A stretch of 64,000 nt of DNA from Candidatus Kerfeldbacteria bacterium (GCA_016193315.1 JACPSJ010000001.1:727478-791477), one strand, 5' to 3'. Counted from the stretch's first letter, positions 52,028 through 61,543 are shown. Numbers and translations are program-made. Notes: generated by a model not told the origin, from the sequence alone.

Positions 52028-52612
52028 CTAGTGCGGCACGAGTTTCAGGTGGTTGGCGTGGGCCCAACGGGAGAGAATCTGGTGCCCCACCAGATAGACC
52101 AGGAGCATGAACATCAGCGCTGGGCCACGGCTGGCGATGAAGTTGCCGGTGAACCATTGCCGGTCGAACATCCACGAAAGCAGGAAGGCGCCGGCCACGG
52201 CATCGAATTGGTCGACCAGGAACCACGGCTGACCGCGGTCGAAACCGATCCGCCGCTTGATCAGCGACTTGGTCAAGTCGCCAAGGAGGGCACCAAGCGC
52301 CAACCAGCCCATGTGTCGAATGAACTGGAAATCGTCGATCTCCCAGATCCGGTACAGGCTGGGCATACCACCGGGCGTCAACGCCAGCATGGCCAGTGTC
52401 CAGGTCGTCAGGACCCCGAAGAACACGCCGCCGAAAAAACCTTGCCAAGTCTTGCCATCGCCGAGGAGACGACGGCCATCGCCAGCGCACCAACCGAAGT
52501 CCATTGGCCGCCCGCCGCCGAGCACCACCGGCAGCATGTTGGCCAGCAGCAGCGGCAGGCTGAGCCAGGTGACAAGCGCACAATCTCCGAGGAACCCCAA
52601 GACATAGGACAC
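52028..52612 (-). CDS. CarS/DUF46-like (CTP-dependent cytidylyltransferase family) integral membrane protein
   Basis: 194 aa. GDGKTWQGFFGG and C-terminal GDLTKSLIKRRIGFDRGQPWFLVDQFD resemble CDP-archaeol synthase / short CdsA-like enzymes. Confidence 0.5.
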   Translation of the reverse strand: MSYVLGFLGDCALVTWLSLPLLLANMLPVVLGGGRPMDFGWCAGDGRRLLGDGKTWQGFFGGVFFGVLTTWTLAMLALTPGGMPSLYRIWEIDDFQFIRHMGWLALGALLGDLTKSLIKRRIGFDRGQPWFLVDQFDAVAGAFLLSWMFDRQWFTGNFIASRGPALMFMLLVYLVGHQILSRWAHANHLKLVPH

Positions 52613-52695
52613 GGTCCACCTCGCGGGTGTGGGTGGAATTCGAAAGGACGAGGAACGACAGTCGCCGCTACCCTACCCCAGACGTATTATCTCCG

Positions 52696-53850
52696 TCAAG
52701 CCCGCAGTCGTGCGATTATGTCTTCGTAGACACGGAGCGTCTGTTTCGCGGTCGCCATCCAGGAGAAATGACGGGCTCGTCGTCGCCCGCGCTGAGCAAG
52801 TTCCGCGGCAAACTTCGGATTGGTCAACAATCGATGCATGGCCCGGGCCAAACCTTGTACATCTGTCGGTTCAAAGAGGAGCGCGGCATCGGCCGCTACT
52901 TCAGGTAATGAGGAGCTGGTCGAGGAGATAACTGGTGTACCTAACGACATGGCTTCCAGGATCGGCAGTCCAAAGCCCTCGTAGAGCGAAGGGTAGACAA
53001 AGGCCATGGCTTCCTCGATCAACTTGACTTTGTGGTTGCGGGTGACGGAGCCAAGAAAACGCACCGCACCTTCCAGTCGCAGTTCTCGTATCGCTCGGAG
53101 TTGTCGCTTCCCGCGGCGGCCAAGGCTGCCGGCCAAGACGAGTTTGACGTCGCCCAGTTCAGTCTGATGATGCCATAGGTCACGCCACGCTTCGAGTAGT
53201 GTCCGGATGTTCCGCCGTGGCTCAATCGTGCCGACGAATAGCACGAACCGTTCCGGCAGGTGGTACACTTTCCGCACATCATCATCCGCATCCTCAAGCG
53301 GCAAGATCGCTACATCCGCGGCTTCCGGAATAACTACGATTTTCTCGACCGGTACGTCAAACTGCTCACGAATGTCGCGTTTGGTTGATTCGGACACGGC
53401 GATCACTCGCTTGGCTCGGCGGAGTGACCGCGGGACGAGGACGCGGGTGGAGAAAACCTGGGTCGGGAACCACTCGGGATACTTGTAGCTGACCAAATTA
53501 TGAACGGTCACTACGCTGGGTCGACGGTAGCCCAGGGGAATGATATTGGCCGGGGCATGAAAAAGATCGAGCCGCGCCCGGAGCAGCACGGCGGAGACGA
53601 GCATCTGCGAGTAAGCGATCGGCAGGAATCGACCATAACTCGAGAAGGGGAAAAAACGAATCTTGACGTTCGGCCGCTGGAACTCCTGTGTCCCCTCCGC
53701 CGCCATCCGATAGTCGAAGAACAAGACGTACTGATTAATATCGTCTTGTTCCAGCAAGGCCTTGACCAGGTGGTACGTGTAGTGCCCGACCTCAGCGCGT
53801 CCGCCCACGGCGGGGCTCAAAACTGTCCGACAGTCAATCCCAATCCTCAT
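52696..53850 (-). CDS. glycosyltransferase family 4
   Basis: GT-B fold with MRIGID… N-terminus and C-terminal E-x7-E-like region (…EGFGLPILEAM…). Confidence 0.8.
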   Translation of the reverse strand: MRIGIDCRTVLSPAVGGRAEVGHYTYHLVKALLEQDDINQYVLFFDYRMAAEGTQEFQRPNVKIRFFPFSSYGRFLPIAYSQMLVSAVLLRARLDLFHAPANIIPLGYRRPSVVTVHNLVSYKYPEWFPTQVFSTRVLVPRSLRRAKRVIAVSESTKRDIREQFDVPVEKIVVIPEAADVAILPLEDADDDVRKVYHLPERFVLFVGTIEPRRNIRTLLEAWRDLWHHQTELGDVKLVLAGSLGRRGKRQLRAIRELRLEGAVRFLGSVTRNHKVKLIEEAMAFVYPSLYEGFGLPILEAMSLGTPVISSTSSSLPEVAADAALLFEPTDVQGLARAMHRLLTNPKFAAELAQRGRRRARHFSWMATAKQTLRVYEDIIARLRA

Positions 53851-54093
53851 AGTGCAGCATAGTCGCTAATTACTGCGGGAATAAGGTTGTCTCTCCGCCG
53901 GCCGCGCGTTGACCCGCCGGTCCGCTTGGAGTCGCACCAATCTGTTTTGGCGCCTGGTGATGAACATCGTGACCGGTGCGGATGACAATCAGAGTATATG
54001 ACGATCACGCCAGCATGCAAATGCCCGATCCCGAGCGGCCGCGGCGAGTTTGGATTCCTCGGGCACGGTGGCTATGATCCCGCGTCCGGCGCC

Positions 54094-55656
54094 TCACGCA
54101 CCGCCCCCGCGGTCGTGGCGGGACAATCGCGGACTGAATAACTGTCCGAGCTGGGTCAGTTCTTTAACCTTGAGCAGCCTCAGCGAGGCGCCGAAGACGA
54201 CCAGGCCGAGCGCCGCTGACAGCGCCGCCCGAATGGCCTGGTTGGTGAGCGTCGGAGAAAACGCCGGCCCGAAATAGGCAAAGACTCCGTACGCCGCCAG
54301 CCCACAGAGTCCGCCGGCCAAAAAAACCTGGCCCAGGAAGGGGACAAAGGTGGTGCTCGTCCAGGACAGCCGGCGATGAACGGCCACCAGCCCGACCACC
54401 GCAGTCATGATAGCCCCCAGGCTGTAGGCCAGCGCCAGCCCTAAACCATTGTACGTTTTGCCAATGGCCAGATACCAAAGCAGCGCTGTGGTGGTGCCGA
54501 TGATCGTGATCAGCAGCGGAGTACGGGTGTCTTTTTGAGCGAAGAAAATACGGTTGAATATTTCTACGACGCCGAAAGCGACCAAGGAGAAGGAAAAGAA
54601 TGCCAGCGCCGTGCTGATCCCCAGGACCACGGATGGCAACCCCGCGCTCCGCTGGTACACAATTTCAATCAGGGGGACACGTAAAACGATCAGCAACACG
54701 CTCACTGGGACCAGCGCGACGGTGATTGATTTCATGCCAAACAGCGACAACGCGCCAAGCTGCTGGCGGTCATTTGACCTGGCCAGGTCGGACAAACACG
54801 GGAAAACGACAGTCGCCAGCGAGGCGAACAAGAGATCGAGAAATACCTGCTGAATCCGGAGGCCGTACGTCAGGAAACTGTAGGTCCCATCGGCTTGGTA
54901 GGAACTGAGGTGCATCATGACCAAGAAGTTAAGGTTAAAGACTACGGCCGCAGCGAAAACTGGCCAGCCAACGGCACCGATCTGACGGAACAGCGGGGCC
55001 AGGCCGGCAAACATCACCCGCGACACGACCAGGCGTGACCGAGCCGCCCCAGCCACGAGCAGCAACTGGACCACCGCCCCGACCAGCGTGCCCCACGCCA
55101 CGGCGCCGATCCCCGCGGTTTTGTATAGCAGAACTATGACCACTAAAATCATAGCGTTGCCGATCAATGGCAACGCGCCTGGTAGGTAGAACCGTTTTTC
55201 TGCGTTCAGCAAGGCGGAGACAAAAAAACTCAATGGCATGGCCACTAAGAGCGGCGACATGATCCGGACCAGGCGCACGGTCAGCACCTGTGTCGTCACG
55301 TCACTGCCCGCACTGACCAGCTGGACGACCCACGGCGCGACCAGGCCCAACACCGCCACCGACAGCACCAGCACCATCGCCATCAGCGTCACGATGCCGG
55401 AAAACTTCCGCCAGGCCTCGGCGGTCCCGTGCTGATCCCGCTCTTGAATAAACAAGGGAATGATGCTGGCGGTGATCGTTGGCGCGACGAACGAAAACAG
55501 AAAAGTGGTGATGGTCAAAGCAGTGAAGAAGGCGTCCGTCCGGTGATCGGCGCCGAACAGCGCGGCCACCAACGGGTCGCGCACAAAGGCCAAGACTTTG
55601 GCTAGTAGCACCAGCAGGATCAAGACGGCGCTGACGGCCATGATGTTCCGTTTCAT
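54094..55656 (-). CDS. murJ: lipid II flippase MurJ
   Basis: 520 aa with ~14 TM helices. MviN/MurJ N-terminal pattern (…LAKVLAFVRDPLVAALFGA…). Confidence 0.85.
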   Translation of the reverse strand: MKRNIMAVSAVLILLVLLAKVLAFVRDPLVAALFGADHRTDAFFTALTITTFLFSFVAPTITASIIPLFIQERDQHGTAEAWRKFSGIVTLMAMVLVLSVAVLGLVAPWVVQLVSAGSDVTTQVLTVRLVRIMSPLLVAMPLSFFVSALLNAEKRFYLPGALPLIGNAMILVVIVLLYKTAGIGAVAWGTLVGAVVQLLLVAGAARSRLVVSRVMFAGLAPLFRQIGAVGWPVFAAAVVFNLNFLVMMHLSSYQADGTYSFLTYGLRIQQVFLDLLFASLATVVFPCLSDLARSNDRQQLGALSLFGMKSITVALVPVSVLLIVLRVPLIEIVYQRSAGLPSVVLGISTALAFFSFSLVAFGVVEIFNRIFFAQKDTRTPLLITIIGTTTALLWYLAIGKTYNGLGLALAYSLGAIMTAVVGLVAVHRRLSWTSTTFVPFLGQVFLAGGLCGLAAYGVFAYFGPAFSPTLTNQAIRAALSAALGLVVFGASLRLLKVKELTQLGQLFSPRLSRHDRGGGA

Positions 55657-56705
55657 GGTGCGACGGAACTATAGAGTGTCTCCAGCCGGCCAACCAGCGC
55701 CGACCAGGAATGTTCTGTGACCAACGTCTGCTGAGTCTGGCTGGTTGGTTGATGGTCAACTGGTAGTTGCCGGATCCAGTCGAGCCAGCGGCCAACATCA
55801 TCCAGCGACGCGTAGCGAATTACTTCGCCATACACCGCCCGCAGCGATGGTATGTCCGCCGCAATCACCGGGGTTCCACAGGCCAGTGATTCTAGAATCG
55901 GGAGCGCGAAACTCTCGTCGATTGAAGGTTGCAGCAGGCCACGGGCGTTCTGGTATAGCGCTACAAGCTGGGCGCTACCGAACTCGAGACGGGGGGTAAA
56001 AGAAAAATGGGCTGACACGGTACGGCCACGTAGGGCTCGCCGAAAATCAATGGCGGCCGCACCGACCACGACGCACCTGATGCCGGCCTGCTCGATGATC
56101 GCGTTCAGCAAGGGTACGTTTTTGTACGGCGCCGCGCTCCCAACGTACAGCAGGTAATCGCGGGTCGGATGCGCGGCCGGCACAAATCTGGTCACGTCCA
56201 CCCCGTTCGGGATGATTGACAGACGGCGCGGATCGACATGGAATCGTGATCGGATGCGGCTGGCCACGTCGGGGCTAATAGCCAGAATCTGCTGGGCGCG
56301 TTTGATCGAACCTGGCACCACGAACATCTTACTCCACCATTGCCCGGGGGCGAACCATTCGGGATGGGTGTAAATACTGATATCGTGCGCCGTGGTGACG
56401 AACGGCTGATAGTAGGTTAATGGCACGTTTAAGTGGGGGAAATGCATCAGGTCGAACCCCTGAGATCGTAGTCGTGAGGGAAAGTAGCCGTGCTCCCAAA
56501 TGACTGGCAGAAACCGTTTGACGCGTCCGCGAACGGACAGTGTTTTGATCGTCGCCGGTATCCAGGTTGTATCCTGAGCCCGGTCGACCACGGCCGTGTA
56601 CGAATGCCGCGTGCCATAGCGCCCAAGCGAACGAACGAGGTCGAACGTGTAACGGCCGATCCCGCCAGCCGAGGCGGCGTTTCTAGCGTCGATGCCGATA
56701 CGCAT
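55653..56705 (-). CDS. glycosyltransferase family 4
   Basis: MRIGIDARNA… GT-B fold, …ESFALPILESLACGTPVI… 4-nt overlap with murJ. Confidence 0.8.
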   Translation of the reverse strand: MRIGIDARNAASAGGIGRYTFDLVRSLGRYGTRHSYTAVVDRAQDTTWIPATIKTLSVRGRVKRFLPVIWEHGYFPSRLRSQGFDLMHFPHLNVPLTYYQPFVTTAHDISIYTHPEWFAPGQWWSKMFVVPGSIKRAQQILAISPDVASRIRSRFHVDPRRLSIIPNGVDVTRFVPAAHPTRDYLLYVGSAAPYKNVPLLNAIIEQAGIRCVVVGAAAIDFRRALRGRTVSAHFSFTPRLEFGSAQLVALYQNARGLLQPSIDESFALPILESLACGTPVIAADIPSLRAVYGEVIRYASLDDVGRWLDWIRQLPVDHQPTSQTQQTLVTEHSWSALVGRLETLYSSVAP

Positions 56706-56851
56706 GGAAAGGGAAGAAGATAGATTTAGGATTAAAGATTTAGGTCCGGTTTTAGGCCTTTAGCGCTCCCCTGGTGCAACTTTAATCTTTAACCTTAAAC
56801 CTGCCGGGCCTCACATCCTCTCCGGGCAACTGACGCCCATCAATCATAGCA

Positions 56852-57343
56852 CTATTCGGCCCACCGGATTTCTAATGTTTCATCATCCTCTGCCCCCTGG
56901 CCGTAGTAACGATGAACATCAAAGTGGAGGTATGGGCCTAACCCACCAAGCCATCCGGTGGCACCAGCGTATCCAATAACTTGTCCTCGGCTGATCGTAT
57001 CGCCCACCTTGACAAGTGAACCATGTTGTTTGAGATGTTCATAAATCGAATACTCCTCTCCTTCGTGTTGGATTTCTATGTAATTTCCCATTTGGTCGAA
57101 GCGCGGATCGTCCCCGCCCTGATCAGAATCTTGTCGGACATCAACCACCACCCCTCCGCGGGAGCCCCTAATTGGAGTTCCGACAGGAATAATAAAATCG
57201 ACTGCCTTCTGAAGACGGCCTTTGTGAGCGGGCGATCGATCGAACGTCATTAGAGCTGCAGCAGATGCATCCACCGGGCGGTTATATTTACCTTGAGTTT
57301 TCATAAGGAAGGTTGGGCGGGAATTCACATTCTTTCGGGGCAA
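56852..57343 (-). CDS. M23 family metallopeptidase
   Basis: HxxxD/HxH pattern (…GNYIEIQHEGEEYSIYEHL…GYAGATG…YLHFDV). The start may be the internal MKTQGK, which would avoid overlap with argS. Confidence 0.7.
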   Translation of the reverse strand: MPRKNVNSRPTFLMKTQGKYNRPVDASAAALMTFDRSPAHKGRLQKAVDFIIPVGTPIRGSRGGVVVDVRQDSDQGGDDPRFDQMGNYIEIQHEGEEYSIYEHLKQHGSLVKVGDTISRGQVIGYAGATGWLGGLGPYLHFDVHRYYGQGAEDDETLEIRWAE

Positions 57344-58947
57344 GTTACACCCATCAACCCCAACACTCTCTCCAGCACCTGGCGTGTCACTCGAACTAGC
57401 TGCAACCGGTGAGCCCAGACCGTGCCTGTATCAATCACTCGGCATTGGGTGTAGAATTCGTGGAACTTGGTCGCTAAGTCAAGACTATAGAACGGCAGTT
57501 TTTGGGTTTCGTGGCTAACTGCAACCTCCGCCACCACGGTCGGGAAGTAGAGCAACGCCTTCACCAACCTCAGTTCACTCGGCTGCGGCGGTTCTTTTGA
57601 TCGCTGGACTGGCAGGCTGGCCGCGTTTTTCAGAATGCCCGCCAACCGTGCCCCCGCGTACTGGACGTAGTAGACCGGATTTTTTTCCGACCGCTCTTTG
57701 GCCAGGGTGATGTCAAAATCCATGTGCGTATTCGGCGCGTGCATCAAGAAAAAGAATCGCGCTGCGTCCAGACCGACTTCGTCAACCACTTCTTCCAGGG
57801 TGACATACGTGCCTGCCCGCTTTGACATCTTCACCTCGTGGCCATCACGGATCAGCCGCACCAGCTGGACAATTTCCGCGTCGAGTTGATGGGCGAAGCC
57901 GAGCGCGGCCATGGCCGCCTTCAGGCGTCGAACGTAGCCATGGTGATCGGCGCCGAGGTACAAAATCTCCCGCTTGACGCCGCGGATGGCGAATCGATCC
58001 CAACGCAACGCGATGTCTGACAGAAAATACGTTTTCTCACCGTCCTTCTTGATCAGCACCCGATCTTTATCGTCGCCAAAAGCCGTCGTCCGGAACCACA
58101 GCGCGCCGTCTTTATGCGCCAATAAATCATGGCGCCGGAGTTCGTCAACTACTTTCACATCGAGCTTCTCGGCATACAAGCTGCTCTCCCGAACCCAGCG
58201 GTCAAACTCGACCTTCAATTTCTTCGCTACCACGCGCTGGATATCACGAATCATGATGTTCAGGATTCGACTTTTGATCCGATCACGAATGGTCATCATG
58301 TCCTGGAGTTTCAAGCGATCGATCTTCAGCTGTTTCGCCAAGTCGGTAACGTATTCTCCTTGGTAGCAGTAATCGGGATACTCGGTCGGTATTCCTTTGA
58401 ATTGGAAATATCGGCGAATGACCGATTCGGCCAGGATGTTGACCTGTTGGCCGATATCATTGAGGTAGAACTCGCGGCTGACCCGCCACCCGCTGATGGC
58501 CAACACATTCGACATCGTGTCACCAGCAAAAGCGCCGCGGCCATTGCCGAGCGTCATTGGCCCGGTTGGGTTGGCGGAGATGAATTCGACCAAGATTTTG
58601 CCGCCCCGTCCGGCATCGTTGTGTCCAAATTTTCGATCAGCCGCGATCTTCGGAGCATAAGACATCAGCCATTTCGGCGATAACCAAAAATTAATGAAGC
58701 CCGGACTGGCCACCTCGGCTTTGGCGAGAATCGATACCTTGCCCATCTGCGCCAGGATGTGTTGCGCGACTTCTATCGGCGGTTGTTTTACCATCGGGCC
58801 GAGCTTCAACGCCACCGACGAGGCGTAGTGGCCGAACCGCTCGGCTGGCGCCGGCTCGATTGCCACCTCGACTTCCCCAACCGCTGGGTACGCTCGGCGG
58901 ATTGACTCGGACAATAACTGACGCAATCGGTCGACCGGCAGAATCAT
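57325..58947 (-). CDS. argS: arginine--tRNA ligase
   Basis: Class I Rossmann core (…ANPTGPMTLGNGRGA…), DALR anticodon-binding C-terminus. Start placed at MILPVDRLRQLL, directly after a TATAAT box. Confidence 0.85.
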   Translation of the reverse strand: MILPVDRLRQLLSESIRRAYPAVGEVEVAIEPAPAERFGHYASSVALKLGPMVKQPPIEVAQHILAQMGKVSILAKAEVASPGFINFWLSPKWLMSYAPKIAADRKFGHNDAGRGGKILVEFISANPTGPMTLGNGRGAFAGDTMSNVLAISGWRVSREFYLNDIGQQVNILAESVIRRYFQFKGIPTEYPDYCYQGEYVTDLAKQLKIDRLKLQDMMTIRDRIKSRILNIMIRDIQRVVAKKLKVEFDRWVRESSLYAEKLDVKVVDELRRHDLLAHKDGALWFRTTAFGDDKDRVLIKKDGEKTYFLSDIALRWDRFAIRGVKREILYLGADHHGYVRRLKAAMAALGFAHQLDAEIVQLVRLIRDGHEVKMSKRAGTYVTLEEVVDEVGLDAARFFFLMHAPNTHMDFDITLAKERSEKNPVYYVQYAGARLAGILKNAASLPVQRSKEPPQPSELRLVKALLYFPTVVAEVAVSHETQKLPFYSLDLATKFHEFYTQCRVIDTGTVWAHRLQLVRVTRQVLERVLGLMGVTCPERM

Positions 58948-58954
58948 GCGCTCA

Positions 58955-58960
58955 TTATAC
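58955..58960 (-). promoter_or_regulatory. -10 box TATAAT ~7 nt upstream of argS ATG (near-leaderless)
   Basis: Minus strand reads gtgTATAATgagcgcATG. Lies in the 45-nt divergent spacer with smpB. Confidence 0.35.
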
Positions 58961-58992
58961 ACTACCCCTTGAAGCCGTGATACACTGCGGTC

Positions 58993-59439
58993 ATGCCCAC
59001 ACTCGCTACGAACCGCGACGCTCGACATCGCTATCGCATCCTCGAAACCCTCCAGGCTGGTATGGTGTTGACCGGTCCGGAGGTAAAATCAATCAAGGAT
59101 GGCAACGTGTCTCTCAAGGGCAGCTATGCCACCATCATCGGCCGTGAGCTGTGGCTGGTCAATGCCCATGTCGGCGCGTACAAACCGGCTGGGCCGATGA
59201 AACACGACCCGACCCGCAGCCGCAAGCTGCTGGTCCGACGGTCGGACATTGATCGGCTGATCGGCACGCTCAAAAGCCAGGGCGTAACCTTGGTGCCGCT
59301 GTCGGTATTCAGCCACCGCGGATTGATCAAAGTCGAACTCGGCCTCGGTCGGGGCAAAGGGAAAAAAGACAAGCGTGAGACAATCAAGCGTCGAGAAGTC
59401 GAAAGAAAAATCGGCCGGGCGCTCCGTCAGAAGGTCTGA
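58993..59439 (+). CDS. smpB: SsrA-binding protein
   Basis: …RYRILETLQAGMVLTGPEVKSIKDGNVSLKGSYATIIGRELWLVNAHVGAYKP… with a basic C-terminal tail. 148 aa. Confidence 0.9.
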   Translation: MPTLATNRDARHRYRILETLQAGMVLTGPEVKSIKDGNVSLKGSYATIIGRELWLVNAHVGAYKPAGPMKHDPTRSRKLLVRRSDIDRLIGTLKSQGVTLVPLSVFSHRGLIKVELGLGRGKGKKDKRETIKRREVERKIGRALRQKV

Positions 59440-59555
59440 CTTCACGCCAAACACCCGGTGGTCGCCCGGGGTTGACCCCGTTAGAGCGACCTTCGAAATA
59501 CTTCAAATGCAGGGTTAGTTAGAAAGAAATCTTTCTCGCTCACGCTCTAACGGGG

Positions 59556-59900
59556 TTGACGGAAAAACAAGATCAGAGTAAATTCTCGGTCATCTTAGCA
59601 CGTTCACCGCGGTCAGCGCGATCGCGCTGCATACCGAATCATGGGAGGGAGGAGTCCACCATGGTCATCCCCGACCCGTCCGAATGCGACGAGCGTGAAC
59701 TGCCCTTTTGGCTCAGGTTTTGGAACACGGCCCTGGTTGCGGCACTGCTTGTCCCCCTGGCGGTTCTGCTCTACAGCCGGCCGAATGTCATCGTGGCGCG
59801 ATACTGCATCTGGATTTTCTTCGCTGGCACCGCCGGACTCGTCCTCACGGCCTTCATCGCCTATCTTCAAACCGGGCCAGCTCCCCGCTCGACTACATAA
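59556..59900 (+). CDS. hypothetical membrane protein
   Basis: 114 aa, two TM helices. Followed by an intrinsic terminator. Confidence 0.4.
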   Translation: MTEKQDQSKFSVILARSPRSARSRCIPNHGREESTMVIPDPSECDERELPFWLRFWNTALVAALLVPLAVLLYSRPNVIVARYCIWIFFAGTAGLVLTAFIAYLQTGPAPRSTT

Positions 59901-59918
59901 CGTCGGCGGTTTTTTATT
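59885..59918 (+). terminator. rho-independent terminator
   Basis: ccgctcgac-tacataa-gtcggcgg (8-bp stem with a 1-nt bulge), followed by ttttttatt. The stop codon lies in the loop. Confidence 0.55.
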
Positions 59919-59945
59919 GACAAAACTATTGATTTCCGTTACACT
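59917..59945 (+). promoter_or_regulatory. sigma70-like promoter (TTGACA-17-TACACT) upstream of ssrA
   Basis: ttgaca aaactattgatttccgt tacact. ~110 nt upstream of the mature tmRNA 5' end. Confidence 0.4.
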
Positions 59946-60056
59946 GATTTTCTGAACGTTGGACATTCGCTACAAGCAGGAGTCAGCTCTCGGAAATCTG
60001 AGGTCCGGGTTTGGACTTTCTGACTTCCGACCTCTAACCCCCGACCTCTGCTCGTC

Positions 60057-60460
60057 GGGGATGTACAACAGTTGATCGATCGTTGACAGTCCATCGCGCT
60101 CATGCCGACACGCCCACGCCGTCGTTACTGTGTGGGAACATGAGAAGTGCCAATACACTTTTCAGCAGGCTGAAGACCGCGGTCGCTTCGGCGTTCCGCG
60201 CGCCTTTGCTTGCGCCTGCCTTTGCCTAAACAGTAAGGGCCATCCGTCCGGTTGACTCCGACTAGACCGATCGCGGGTGTCACCTCAGTCGGACCAGTGG
60301 TGAAACGTTCAGACTCATCACCGCGTACCTTCTGAACACCGTCGTCAGGATTCTTGTCCGTTCTTGACCTGATGGCGCGTACTGAGAACGGGCTGAGCAT
60401 GGAAGCCAGCGTGATGGATGGTCCGTCGAGACGCGGGTGCAAGACCCGCCATCTCCACCA
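60057..60460 (+). ncRNA. ssrA: tmRNA (transfer-messenger RNA)
   Basis: 3' end GCGGG-TGCAAGA-CCCGC (T-arm) + CATCTCC + A + CCA (60458-60). 5' GGGGATG forms a 7-bp acceptor with G3:U70 wobble. 5' uugacaguccauc pairs with gauggUccguc just before the T-arm (helix 2). In-frame Ala-rich tag candidate …AFRAPLLAPAFA-stop (stop at ~60227-29). smpB lies 600 nt upstream. Confidence 0.7.
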
Positions 60461-60622
60461 GGTAAAATGCCGCCGCAGGCGGCATCACCTGGCAAGCCAC
60501 GGCGTGGCGAAGCCAGGTGTTCCGCGCAGCGGAATTACCTGGTGGCCAGGTGGTCGCGTTGCGCGACTTTACCTGGCAAAGTATCAAAGTATGTATGTGG
60601 CTTGGGCTAAGTCCATTTCACG

Positions 60623-60880
60623 ATGTTTTACGTTTACCTCATTGAAAGTCAGCTCGATGGCTACTGGTACATCGGCTTCACGACTCACCTCAATAAGCGC
60701 GTTGCCAAACATAACCGCGGCGAAGTGACTTCGACTTCTTCTCGAAAGCCGTGGCGCCTAATTTACGCCGAGTTCTATCGGAACAAGTCTGACGCACTGG
60801 GTCGCGAAAAGTTTCTAAAGTGCGGCGCCGGCCTGCGTTTTCTAAAAAAGCAACTCCGCCACCACCTTAACGGCCGTTGA
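60623..60880 (+). CDS. GIY-YIG nuclease family protein
   Basis: MFYVYLIESQLDGYWYIGFTTHLNKRVAKHN…WRLIYAEFY matches the GIY-YIG core (GIY…YIG…R…H/N…E). Confidence 0.6.
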   Translation: MFYVYLIESQLDGYWYIGFTTHLNKRVAKHNRGEVTSTSSRKPWRLIYAEFYRNKSDALGREKFLKCGAGLRFLKKQLRHHLNGR

Positions 60881-60919
60881 CACCCAAAACAGCGATCATA
60901 GACTGGGCATGAAAGAAGA

Positions 60920-61543
60920 ATGACACATCGCCCAGGACTTACCCTCACCCCAGTCCTCATCGCCTTCCTAGCCGTGGTGGCGTTTTTGGTGGTCTTGAAT
61001 TTTTCCATTCCGGCAGCCAAGCAGTCTGCCTCCACGAACCGCAATACGAGCAACACCTCCTCCTACGTTCCGGCCCCTGGCCACGAGAACGTCAATGAGA
61101 TGGTTGTGGTGAATGCGAATTCTACGAATGTGAATACGAACGTTGCGAATGTAAACGCTCCATCCGACCTCACCGCCGGCTGGACGACGTACTCGAACTC
61201 GACGCTGGGTTACTCAATTCAATATCCACCCGATTGGACGCAATCTGTGGTTGACGATGCCGTTCTCATCGTGCCGCCAGAAACAGTGGTCGCCGGGTAC
61301 GCCGAGGGTAGTATCCGTCTGCTGGTCCAAAAAGTCCCCACCATCTCAACTGACCTAGTGACAAATTCAAGCAACATTACCATCAACGGCCTGTCGGCGA
61401 CCCAGCAAACGGAAGGGGGCTTACGAATATACACTGCCACATACTTCCAGAAGGGCAACGAGTATGTTCAGGTTATTTACGAACAAGACGCAAACAGACC
61501 AGAATTCCCCCTCATTCTTACATCCTTTGCCTTCACCCAGTAA
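60920..61543 (+). CDS. hypothetical membrane-anchored extracytoplasmic protein (Asn/Thr-rich linker)
   Basis: N-terminal TM, NANSTNVNTNVANVN repeat linker, ~130-aa C-terminal domain. Confidence 0.5.
   Translation: MTHRPGLTLTPVLIAFLAVVAFLVVLNFSIPAAKQSASTNRNTSNTSSYVPAPGHENVNEMVVVNANSTNVNTNVANVNAPSDLTAGWTTYSNSTLGYSIQYPPDWTQSVVDDAVLIVPPETVVAGYAEGSIRLLVQKVPTISTDLVTNSSNITINGLSATQQTEGGLRIYTATYFQKGNEYVQVIYEQDANRPEFPLILTSFAFTQ

Noticed and set aside
60125-60728. Small ORFs 60125..60442(-), 60345..60587(-) and 60354..60728(+)
   Set aside because: They lie within or across the tmRNA gene and the hairpin array, with no coding signal.
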